Source: Roseiarcus sp.
GTDB lineage: Bacteria > Pseudomonadota > Alphaproteobacteria > Rhizobiales > Beijerinckiaceae
Direction: 5' to 3'
DNA length: 56,927 bases
Assembly: GCA_049584355.1 (NCBI GenBank)
Contig: JBAUXQ010000121.1
Span: 1-56,927 of the forward strand
In this document: piece after piece, positions 29,363 through 37,939 of the stretch
How the letters are laid out: each line of letters starts with the position of its first letter
Numbering within the stretch: position 1 is the first letter of the stretch
Position numbers and translations under genes: made by a program
The notes under the pieces: model-generated
Databases searched by the model: none
What the model saw: only the letters and a program-made list of their open reading frames with translations
What the model was told of the DNA's origin: nothing

Positions 29363-30414
29363 CAGGTCCCCTCCAAAGTCTTGGCGATCTGACGAAACAC
29401 CGGCGCAACCTGGGTGGCCATCGCCGGCATGCGCATGTCGTTGAAGAGACCATCCTCGAAGCAGCGAGCCGCCGCCATATGCGTGAAAGCGAGCTTCATG
29501 AGAGAGAACACGATGTAGAACTTGAGAGAGGCGGGGTCCACCTTGAGCCCCGATCGCGCCTGGTAGCGGGAGATGAAATCCGCTTCGTCGGCGAGGCCGC
29601 ATACGAGGGACGTGCCGCCCCGATATTGCGGCAGGAACGCCCAGCCGAGATCCTCGATCGGATCGCCGAGATGGACGAGCTCCCAGTCGAGAATCGCGGA
29701 GATGCGGCCGTCGCGCTCAAGAAAATTGCCGAGCCGGTAGTCGCCGTGAACGAGCGAGACCTGTTGCGCTCTAGGAGCGTGCGCGCGCAGCCAGGCAAGA
29801 GTCCGGTGCGCCATCGGGTGGGGGCGCAAGGCCCATCGTGCGAATCGCTCCTGCCAATCGTCGATCTGGAGCTCAGCTGCGTTCCCGCTCGTGACGCCCT
29901 CGCCCCATTTGACGAGCGCGGTCGCGCGCCAGTCGAAACGATGCAGGGCCGCTAGCGCGTCGATGAAATCCGCCGCCAACGCTTCTCGCCGGGCGCCTTC
30001 CAAGGCCTGCCCCTGCGAACCCCACGGGAGCGGCGTGTCCCCCTCGACCCGCTCGCAGATGAAAAACGGCGCGCCGAGAATTGCGGGGTCGTCGCTGGCG
30101 AAAAGCGCGCGCGGCGCCGGAACGGCGCTGGCGGCCAAAGCGCTCAGCGAATCAAATTCCGGCATCGCGCTGTAGGGCGCGAAGAGGCCGTAAGGCGGCC
30201 CGATCCGCAGGATGATCTCGCGCGCTTTCGCGAAGCCCGCTACGCCCACCGAGTAGGTGATCCAGGAGAATCCGGCCGGGAATTTGCTGAGCCGCTCGAT
30301 CGCAACGTCTGCGCCGCTCCTGGCGGACAGGAACGCGGCAAGTCGAAGCCGAAGCAGATGCGCGTCCTCAAAGGCGGGCGCTTCTGCCGACGCCGCTCTT
30401 TGCGGTTCCCCCAC
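29359..30414 (-). CDS. APH/phosphotransferase family protein (LvaA-like)
   Basis: GFSWITY, ILGAPFFICERVEG, LVHGDYRLGNFL, ILDWELVHLGDPIEDLGW. Start uncertain. Confidence 0.88.
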   Translation of the reverse strand: MGEPQRAASAEAPAFEDAHLLRLRLAAFLSARSGADVAIERLSKFPAGFSWITYSVGVAGFAKAREIILRIGPPYGLFAPYSAMPEFDSLSALAASAVPAPRALFASDDPAILGAPFFICERVEGDTPLPWGSQGQALEGARREALAADFIDALAALHRFDWRATALVKWGEGVTSGNAAELQIDDWQERFARWALRPHPMAHRTLAWLRAHAPRAQQVSLVHGDYRLGNFLERDGRISAILDWELVHLGDPIEDLGWAFLPQYRGGTSLVCGLADEADFISRYQARSGLKVDPASLKFYIVFSLMKLAFTHMAAARCFEDGLFNDMRMPAMATQVAPVFRQIAKTLEGTW

Positions 30415-30554
30415 TCTGACGACCTCTCTTGGTTGTGGTTTCTCCGCCGAGGGCGGGGCGATGTGATAAACTACCACATCAGTTTCAGCGAATCAATGCG
30501 CATGCCGGCTCCTCCTTGCTTCACGCTAGCGAGCCTGGCGCGTCGTCCGCCCCG

Positions 30555-30680
30555 CGCCCCACCGTGCTACGCGCAGTCCCCCCGCTCCCTGGGTGAGGAT
30601 GGCGGCCCAATCACTGGTTTTCCTCCCCTGCGCTTGCGAAGCACGAGGGAGGGGACCGCCCGAAGGGCGGTGGATTGGGC
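30555..30680. repeat. Inverted pair of alphaproteobacterial REP/RIME-like palindromic elements
   Basis: 30620-30680 (TCCTCCCC...GGGAGGGGACCGCCCGAAGGGCGGTGG) resembles the reverse complement of 30555-30600. Perfect hairpin ACCGCCC-GAA-GGGCGGT. Confidence 0.55.
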
Positions 30681-30731
30681 ACGCAAAGCGCACTCTTAGC
30701 CTGAACCCTCTAGACACGACGCCGCCAACTG

Positions 30732-30749
30732 TGGTAAGGTAGTTTACGA
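30732..30749. promoter_or_regulatory. 18-bp palindromic operator upstream of the crotonase-aliB operon
   Basis: TGGTAAGGTAGTTTACGA. Possible TAGACA-N18-TAAGGT promoter. Confidence 0.6.
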
Positions 30750-31018
30750 AAGGTGCGGAGACCACGCGCGGAGAGCATTGATGTCGGATCGGCGCCGACA
30801 CACAGGCGCCGCTCCCAGCGGCCTTGGACGGAGGAAATGCGGGAAGGGCTTCATCGCGTTCGGGCGGCGCAAATTGCTCGACGACAGGTCGGGCGATCGT
30901 CGCCGTCCTCTTCGACCCTTCTCGCCGGGAGCGAGGAAGGCATTGGGGCGAGATTTGGACGTTCTCCCGATCAACCTTTCAGCCGGCCGTTCAACCGAGA
31001 AATGCAAGGGTCTGTCCG

Positions 31019-31807
31019 ATGGAGCTGACTGCATTCGCGTTCGAGATCAAGGATGGGGTCGCTCATGTCACAATGAACCAGGCAGACCGCGGCAATCCGC
31101 TCGACAGCCGTTTTGCGAAGGAATTCAACTGGCTCGCCACGGAGTGCACAGTATGCCCGGAAGTCAGGTCGGTTCTGATCGACGCTGCGGGCCGCTTCTT
31201 CAGCGTTGGCGGCGATCTCAATGCGCTTACTCGAAGCCGCGAGGAACTCGCGCGGTTCGTCTCGGTCGCCACGTCCGACCTGCATATGGGCATCTCGCGC
31301 TTCGCGAGAATGAACGCGCCAGTTGTCGCGGCGGTGCACGGAATGGCGGCGGGAGGCGCCGTCGCGCTCGTCGCGGGCGCTGATTTCGCGCTGGCGTCTC
31401 CGAACGCGAAATTCTACGCCGCCTTTTCAGGCATCGGCATCATCAGCGACAGCGGCGGCTCCTATTTCCTCCCGCGCAGGATGGGCTCGCGCCGCGCGGC
31501 GCAGTTTCTGATGCTGAATGAGACACTGACGGCCGAGCAGGCCGCAGATGCCGGCCTCATCAATCGCGTTGTGGCCGCGGACGCGCTGGCCGACGAGGCC
31601 TTGGCGCTCGCCAGGCGACTCGCCGAAGGGCCGACGCTCGCCTATGGCGAAGCCAAGAATCTCCTGCTCTCGAGCCCGATCGAGAGTCTCGAGGCGCAGC
31701 TCGAGAACGAGGCGCGCGCGATGGCGCGGGTGACCGCCACAGACGATGCATGGAACGCGATGCGCGCCGTGCTCGCCAAGCAGAAACCGACCTTCGAGGG
31801 CCGATAG
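31019..31807 (+). CDS. Enoyl-CoA hydratase/isomerase (PaaG-like)
   Basis: FFSVGGDL, GMAAGGAVAL, IGIISDSGGSYFLPR (Asp present, no catalytic Glu pair), LAEGPTLAYG. Confidence 0.88.
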   Translation: MELTAFAFEIKDGVAHVTMNQADRGNPLDSRFAKEFNWLATECTVCPEVRSVLIDAAGRFFSVGGDLNALTRSREELARFVSVATSDLHMGISRFARMNAPVVAAVHGMAAGGAVALVAGADFALASPNAKFYAAFSGIGIISDSGGSYFLPRRMGSRRAAQFLMLNETLTAEQAADAGLINRVVAADALADEALALARRLAEGPTLAYGEAKNLLLSSPIESLEAQLENEARAMARVTATDDAWNAMRAVLAKQKPTFEGR

Positions 31808-31834
31808 AAGCCTTCGCGCGAGCAATCTAGGGAC

Positions 31835-33001
31835 ATGAGCAACATGCTCTTCAACGAAGACCAACTCGCCATACGCGATCTTGCTCGTCGGTTTGCACGC
31901 GAGAAATTGGCCCCGCAATATCAGCAACTGGACAGGACCGGAGTGCTCGATCGAGCGGTGATCCGGGAGATGGGCGAACTCGGTTTGATGGGCGTCGATC
32001 TCCCCGAATCTTTCGGGGGGCTCGGGGCGCCGGGCGTTACGGCAGGCATTATCGCGGAGGAACTCGCCTACGGCGACTTCAACATCAGCGCCGTGCCCGT
32101 TGGCGTGTCGCTATTCGGCGCGATCATCATGAGCAGCGCGACGGCGAAGCTGGCGGAATACTGGATTCCGCGAATGATCCGCGGCGAGACGCTGATGGGC
32201 GTCTGCGTCACCGAGCCCAGTGGGGGCTCAGACGCGGGCGCGATGAAACTGCGCTGCCGCAAGGATGGAGATCATTACATCCTCAACGGCGAGAAGACTT
32301 CGATCACCTTCGCCGACTGCGCCGACGCGTTCATCGTCTTCGCCCGCACGGGAACGCCTGAGAGCGGCGCTGCGGGGGTGACCGCCCTGGTCGTACCCGC
32401 CAACACGCCCGGCATCGCCCGAACTCGCTTCAACGACGTCGGCAGTCACATCATCGGCCGCGGCTCGGTATTTTTTGAGAGCGCGCGTGTGCCGGTTGAG
32501 AACCGCCTCGGGCAGGAGAATCAGGGCTTCACCCATGTGATGCGCGGCTTCGACTTCAGTCGTGCGCTGATCGCGCTCCAGTGCATCGGCTGCGCGCAGG
32601 CCTCGCTCGACGAGGCGTGGGAATATACGAAGACCCGCACCGCCTTCAATGTGCCCATCGCGTCCTATCAGGGCGTCACCTTCCCTCTGGTGGAAGGCGA
32701 GAGCCAAATCGCCGCGATCCGTCAGCTTTGCTATCACGCAATCGCGCTGCGCGATGCTGGACTGCCGCACACGACGGAGGCGGCGATGGTGAAATGGATG
32801 GGGCCGAAGACAGCCTTCGACGTCATCCACCAATGTCTGCTCACCTTCGGTCACTACGGCTGGTCGATGGACCTGCCGCACCAGCAGCGCATGCGCGACG
32901 TGATGGGACTCGAAATTGGGGATGGCACGGCGGGGATCATGAAGCTGATCGTGACGCGCGAACGCGTCGGGCGCGCCGCCGTCCAGTCTTCCGGGCGCTA
33001 G
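31835..33001 (+). CDS. aliB: Cyclohexanecarboxyl-CoA dehydrogenase
   Basis: LNGEKTSIT, GRGSVFF, MRGFDFSRALI, CLLTFGHYGW, QQRMRDVMGLEIGDGTA resembling AliB. Confidence 0.82.
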   Translation: MSNMLFNEDQLAIRDLARRFAREKLAPQYQQLDRTGVLDRAVIREMGELGLMGVDLPESFGGLGAPGVTAGIIAEELAYGDFNISAVPVGVSLFGAIIMSSATAKLAEYWIPRMIRGETLMGVCVTEPSGGSDAGAMKLRCRKDGDHYILNGEKTSITFADCADAFIVFARTGTPESGAAGVTALVVPANTPGIARTRFNDVGSHIIGRGSVFFESARVPVENRLGQENQGFTHVMRGFDFSRALIALQCIGCAQASLDEAWEYTKTRTAFNVPIASYQGVTFPLVEGESQIAAIRQLCYHAIALRDAGLPHTTEAAMVKWMGPKTAFDVIHQCLLTFGHYGWSMDLPHQQRMRDVMGLEIGDGTAGIMKLIVTRERVGRAAVQSSGR

Positions 33002-33061
33002 TCGCCCGCGCGGAGCGCCAAACGGAAGAAAAGGGCGACACAAGAGAGGCCGACGATAGCG

Positions 33062-34210
33062 ATGAATGGATTTTCGCTCGACGACGATCGCATTGCGATA
33101 CGCGACATGGCGCGCGCCTTCGCCGACGAGAAGATTGCCCCTCATGCGCTCGAATGGGACGAAAAGAAGCACTTTCCGGTTGACGTGATCCGTCAGACGG
33201 CGCCGCTCGGCATGGGCGCGATCTATGTGCGCGAGGACGTCGGCGGCTCGGCGCTGTCGCGCTTCGACGCGGCGCTGATCTTCGAAGCGCTCGCTACCGG
33301 CTGCCCCTCCATTTCCGCCTATATCTCCATCCATAACATGTGCGCGTGGATGATCGACAATTTCGGCTCTGACGAGCAGCGCCGAAAATTCCTTCCTCCG
33401 CTAGCGAGCATGGAAAAGCTTGCAAGCTATTGCCTGACCGAACCAGGCGCGGGTTCGGACGCGGCCGCGCTGCGCACGCGGGCGATTCCGGAAGGCGATC
33501 ATTACGTGCTGAACGGGCAGAAACAGTTCATTTCCGGCGCCGGCAACGAACGCGATTTTTATCTTGTAATGGCGCGAACGAGCGATGCGGGCTCCAAAGG
33601 GATTTCAGCGTTTATGGTTGAAGGCGGGACCGCCGGCCTCAAGTTCGGCGCGAACGAGCGCAAGATGGGTTGGAACGCGCAGCCGACCCGCGCCGTGATT
33701 TTCGAGGATTGCCGTGTACCCGCCGCAAATCGACTTGGCGAAGAAGGCCTCGGCTTCAAGATCGCGATGGCCGGCCTCGACGGCGGCCGGCTCAACATTG
33801 GGGCCTGCTCACTCGGGGGCGCCCAGTCGGCGCTGGAAAAGGCGCTCGCCTACATGAGCGAGCGCTGGGCTTTCGGCAAACGCCTCGACGAGTTTCAGGC
33901 GCTGCAGTTCCGCCTCGCTGATATGGCGACCGAGCTCGAAGCCGCGCGTACGCTGCTCTGGCGCGCCGCGACCGCGTTGGACGCCAAAGCACCCGATGCG
34001 ACAAAGCTCTGCGCCATGGCCAAGCGCTTCGCGACCGATGCGGGCTTCGGCGTCGCCAACGACGCGCTGCAGATGTTCGGCGGCTACGGCTACCTCGCCG
34101 ACTACGGCGTCGAGAAACTCGTGCGGGATCTCCGCGTCCATCAGATTTTGGAAGGCACCAACGAGATCATGCGGCTGATCGTGGCGCGAGAAATGGTCGG
34201 GCGCCACTGA
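33062..34210 (+). CDS. Isobutyryl-CoA dehydrogenase-like acyl-CoA dehydrogenase (ACAD8 type)
   Basis: YISIHNMCAWMID, SYCLTEPGAGSDAA, KMGWNAQPT, RDLRVHQILEGTNEIMR. Confidence 0.9.
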   Translation: MNGFSLDDDRIAIRDMARAFADEKIAPHALEWDEKKHFPVDVIRQTAPLGMGAIYVREDVGGSALSRFDAALIFEALATGCPSISAYISIHNMCAWMIDNFGSDEQRRKFLPPLASMEKLASYCLTEPGAGSDAAALRTRAIPEGDHYVLNGQKQFISGAGNERDFYLVMARTSDAGSKGISAFMVEGGTAGLKFGANERKMGWNAQPTRAVIFEDCRVPAANRLGEEGLGFKIAMAGLDGGRLNIGACSLGGAQSALEKALAYMSERWAFGKRLDEFQALQFRLADMATELEAARTLLWRAATALDAKAPDATKLCAMAKRFATDAGFGVANDALQMFGGYGYLADYGVEKLVRDLRVHQILEGTNEIMRLIVAREMVGRH

Positions 34211-34439
34211 AGTCGAAAAATGAGGATCGTCATGTCGATATTGCGTTTACTCGCTGGTCAACACGGGTGGACCGATGACGAGCAACCTTCGACACGAGGT
34301 CGCAGGTTTCCCTTTCGCGGCCGTGGCCTCCCGGCGGAGACCGTTAACCGGTGCACTAATACTGCGGGCCGGTCGGCGCCGGCAGCTCGGACGGCCCGTA
34401 TCGCCCTAACGCCCTCGCCTGCATTCCAGCCGACTGGTT

Positions 34440-34477
34440 TTGCAACTGAGAAACAGATATGGTAAGCTGCTTAACTA
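34440..34477 (+). promoter_or_regulatory. Promoter of the ABC transporter operon with operator (34460-34477)
   Basis: TTGCAA-N17-TAAGCT. The palindrome TGGTAAGCTGCTTAACTA overlaps the -10. Confidence 0.7.
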
Positions 34478-34646
34478 AGCGAGAGGCGAAAACGGCGCCG
34501 CAAGCGGAGGAAACGATGACGGGTTTCGATGCATTGGCGCTCGAAAGTGGTCAGCATGAGCCTGCGGAGGCTCTGTTGCACGTAAGTGAGGCGAGAAGGC
34601 GTCGAAACAGCGAACGCCAGGGCGGGACTTTTGTGGGGCAGATCGC

Positions 34647-35504
34647 GTGATCCCGCTGCTGATCGCAAATTCTCTCGCGCTCGCGTCCTTGCTGATCATG
34701 CTCTCGAGCGGGTTGGCCCTGATTTATGGGCTGCGCGACGTCATCAATTTCGGCCACGGCGCCCTCTACATGCTCGGCGCCTATCTTGGGTACACAATCG
34801 CGCTTGTCGCGGGATTCTGGTTGGCTTTGTTTGTCGTGCCGATCCTGCTCGCCTGTTTCGGCGTGGCCTTCGAGTACCTCGTTCTAAGGCCCTTGCAGCG
34901 GCGATCCCACATCGAGGTGGCGCTGGTCACCTTGGGTCTCGGGATCATCCTTGGCCAGATTCTCATTTTTTTCTATGGCGGCGCTGCCCGCGGCGTCGAC
35001 GCGCCTGGAATTCTCGCGGGCTCGGTTAAAGTTTTCGGACTGTCCTATCCAGCCTATCGCATCTTTCTTATCGCGATGGGCCTCGGTTCGTGCGCGCTTC
35101 TCGCGGTCTGGCTCCGCTTCACGACCTCCGGGCTTTATGTGCGGGCGGTGAGCCAGGATCCGTCTGTCGCCCGCATGATGGGCATCAACGCCGACCGGCT
35201 CAGTCTGCTGGTGACCAGTCTTAGCGCAGCCTTCGCGGGATTGGCTGGCGTCCTGGCGGGCCCTTACCTCTCTGTCGATCCCGGCATGGACGTCACAATG
35301 ATCGTCAACTGTCTCATCATAGTTGTGATCGGCGGGACCGGCAGCATCGCAGGCGCGATTGTCGCCGCTTTGCTATTCGGTTTCGTGCAGGTCGCCGGAT
35401 CGGTTTTTCTGCCTGATCTCACCGCGCTTGCGCCCTACGTCCTGCTCATGGCTGTGCTGCTCGTTGCGCCTCGCGGAATCGGACGCGGGCGGGTGCTGAG
35501 TTGA
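34647..35504 (+). CDS. livH: HAAT/Liv-type ABC transporter permease
   Basis: GLALIYGLRDVINFGHG, VRAVSQD, VVIGGTGSIAGA. Hydrophobic. Confidence 0.88.
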   Translation: MIPLLIANSLALASLLIMLSSGLALIYGLRDVINFGHGALYMLGAYLGYTIALVAGFWLALFVVPILLACFGVAFEYLVLRPLQRRSHIEVALVTLGLGIILGQILIFFYGGAARGVDAPGILAGSVKVFGLSYPAYRIFLIAMGLGSCALLAVWLRFTTSGLYVRAVSQDPSVARMMGINADRLSLLVTSLSAAFAGLAGVLAGPYLSVDPGMDVTMIVNCLIIVVIGGTGSIAGAIVAALLFGFVQVAGSVFLPDLTALAPYVLLMAVLLVAPRGIGRGRVLS

Positions 35505-36547
35505 GCGGCGGGGCGGCGGCCAGCGGAGCGGGGCGCGGCCGAACCTTCCGCACCGCCCGCGGCCTTTCGTGGCGCGCCCAAGTCGGCGTCATCGCCGGAG
35601 CGTTGTTCTTTATTGTCGGCGCCGTTGCGCCGACGCACGTTGTCGGCGAATTCGCGCTCAGGCTCGGCAACGAGGGCCTTCTGCTGGGCATGCTTGCGTT
35701 GAGCGTTGCGTTTCTGATGGACCAGGCCGGTCTGGTCGCTTTGGGCGCGGCTAGCGTTTACGGCGGCGCCGGCTACCTGTTCTCGATCGCCATCAGCGAA
35801 TTGGACATGACAGCGATAGAGGCTTTGCTGTTTTCGTTCGTCGTGGTTGTCATTTACGCGGCGATCCTCGGCGCCCTGATCGTTCGCACCAATCCGCTCG
35901 CCTTCATGATGCTGACCCTCGCTGCCGGCGAGATGATCAGCCACGGCGTCATGTTGGAAGGCCTGCGCGACTACACCGGCGGCGCCGACGGACTTGTCGT
36001 CGGCTTCAAAGAGTCGATTCTCGGCATGCAAGCCGCCGATTTCGCCAACGCGGCGCGGTTCTGGCCGGTGGCGTGGACAGCGGCGTGGATTGCGGGACTG
36101 ATCGTCTGGATGGTCCGGCGATCGCGTCTCGGCGCCATTCTGCGTGCGGTGCGCGAGAACGAGGAGCGCATGCGATTTTCGGGATTCGACACCTATGCGC
36201 CTCGTCTCATCGCCTTCGTGCTGATCAACACAATCGCCGCTGTGAGCGGGCTGTTGCACGTGCTCAATGCCGGCTTCGTTTCACCCGACAGCCTGAGCCT
36301 TTCGGTCAGCACCAACGCGCTGGTGGCCGCGCTGATGGGGGGAGTCGCGAGTTCTACGGGTCCAATCGTCGGCGGACTGATTTTTGCGTTTGCGCAGGAC
36401 GAATTCGGGGCTCACGGCGCCACTCAGCTCTTCACCGGCGTCGCGGTCGTGGCGTTCATCGTCCTCTTTCCGCGCGGGGTCGTCGGCGGGATTTCGGATG
36501 CGGCGCCGCAGTGGACGCGCGCGCTCTTTCGATGCGCGAGGCCCTGA
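35501..36547 (+). CDS. livM: HAAT/Liv-type ABC transporter permease
   Basis: FMMLTLAAGE, TGGADGL, LRAVRENEERMRFSG, GPIVGG. Confidence 0.88.
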   Translation: MSGGAAASGAGRGRTFRTARGLSWRAQVGVIAGALFFIVGAVAPTHVVGEFALRLGNEGLLLGMLALSVAFLMDQAGLVALGAASVYGGAGYLFSIAISELDMTAIEALLFSFVVVVIYAAILGALIVRTNPLAFMMLTLAAGEMISHGVMLEGLRDYTGGADGLVVGFKESILGMQAADFANAARFWPVAWTAAWIAGLIVWMVRRSRLGAILRAVRENEERMRFSGFDTYAPRLIAFVLINTIAAVSGLLHVLNAGFVSPDSLSLSVSTNALVAALMGGVASSTGPIVGGLIFAFAQDEFGAHGATQLFTGVAVVAFIVLFPRGVVGGISDAAPQWTRALFRCARP

Positions 36548-36548
36548 G

Positions 36549-37247
36549 ATGCTCAAAGTCGAGAAATTGTCGGTGAGCTACGGTCCGCTGCAGGCGCTGT
36601 CAGAGCTTGATCTGGAGATCGACGGCGACGGCGTGCTTCACGGAGTCATCGGGCCGAACGGGGCGGGAAAGTCCACTCTGCTCGATGCAGTCTGCGGCCG
36701 CCGCCGCCCGACCGCGGGAACGGTTCGCTATCGCGGACAGGACATCACTCGACGGTCGGTGGCCTGGCGGCGGCGCCACGGCATGGCGCGATCGTTCCAG
36801 CGCACCAGCATCTTCCAAGACCTCACAGTCTACGAGCAGTTGCACATCGTCGCCCAGCATCTCGGCGACCGCAGGCTCGACGACGTGATCCAGGTGATGG
36901 ACCTTACGGACTACCTCGACGAAAAGGCCGGCCGCATCGCCTATGGCGTCCAGCGCCGTGTCGATGTGGCGCTCGCCTTGATTGGTCGGCCGCAGCTTCT
37001 GCTTATGGATGAACCCGGCGCCGGTCTCTCGGCGGCCGAAACCCTCGGACTATTCCAGCATCTGCGCGATCTGGTGCGTGAGCGCAAGATCGCCGCTGTG
37101 GCGGTGGAGCACGACGTCGACGCCATATTCGCCTGCTGCGACAAAGTCACGGTGCTTGATCTCGGCCGGCATCTCGCGACCGGAACGCCCGCTGAAATTC
37201 GCGCCGATCGCCGAGTCGTTGCCGCCTATCTCGGGAGCGCGGCGTGA
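36549..37247 (+). CDS. livG: ABC transporter ATP-binding protein
   Basis: GPNGAGKST, ARSFQ, LLLMDEPGAGL, VEHD, AAYLG. Confidence 0.9.
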   Translation: MLKVEKLSVSYGPLQALSELDLEIDGDGVLHGVIGPNGAGKSTLLDAVCGRRRPTAGTVRYRGQDITRRSVAWRRRHGMARSFQRTSIFQDLTVYEQLHIVAQHLGDRRLDDVIQVMDLTDYLDEKAGRIAYGVQRRVDVALALIGRPQLLLMDEPGAGLSAAETLGLFQHLRDLVRERKIAAVAVEHDVDAIFACCDKVTVLDLGRHLATGTPAEIRADRRVVAAYLGSAA

Positions 37248-37939
37248 ACATGCTGCGCATCAAGTCGCTCTATGCGGGTTATGGCGCTTCGACCGTGCTG
37301 CACGGCGTCGACCTCAGCGTAGATGAGGGAGAATCCGTCGCCGTTGTCGGGCGCAACGGCGCGGGCAAGTCCACACTGCTGCTGTCGGTGTTTCGGGAGA
37401 CCAACATCCAATCGGGGGAAATTTGGGTCCATGACAGACGGATCGATGGAATGCCCGGCTATCTCGCGCCAAAGCTCGGCATCTCCATCTCCCCCCAGGG
37501 GCGACGCATCTTGCCGAACCTGACCGTTAAAGAGAACTTGCTGCTGAGCAAGGCGACAGGCCGCAAAGGCGCCTGGGACCTGAGGGCGGTCTTCAATCTG
37601 TTTCCCGTACTCGAGCAGCGGGCGAGCAGCTCGGGGGTGAACTTAAGCGGTGGACAGCAGCAAATGCTTGCGATCGGCCGCGCGTTGATGGCCAACCCCA
37701 GCCTCCTGTTTCTCGACGAGCCTTCGGAGGGACTTTCTCCCGTACTTATCGACGGGCTGGTCGAGGCGCTCAACGCAATCCGGAAAGTTGGCACCGGCAT
37801 TCTCGTCGTCGAGCAACATCTCAATCTGGTGAAGCGCACCACTGACCGATTCGTCATTCTGTCGAAGGGGCAGACGGTCGGATCGGGCCCGACCTTCACC
37901 ATTAGCGAACCCCAGAATCAACTGCTCATGGCTGTTTAG
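37244..37939 (+). CDS. livF: ABC transporter ATP-binding protein
   Basis: GRNGAGKST, LSGGQQQMLAIGRAL, LDEPSEGL, VEQH. Confidence 0.92.
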   Translation: MNMLRIKSLYAGYGASTVLHGVDLSVDEGESVAVVGRNGAGKSTLLLSVFRETNIQSGEIWVHDRRIDGMPGYLAPKLGISISPQGRRILPNLTVKENLLLSKATGRKGAWDLRAVFNLFPVLEQRASSSGVNLSGGQQQMLAIGRALMANPSLLFLDEPSEGLSPVLIDGLVEALNAIRKVGTGILVVEQHLNLVKRTTDRFVILSKGQTVGSGPTFTISEPQNQLLMAV

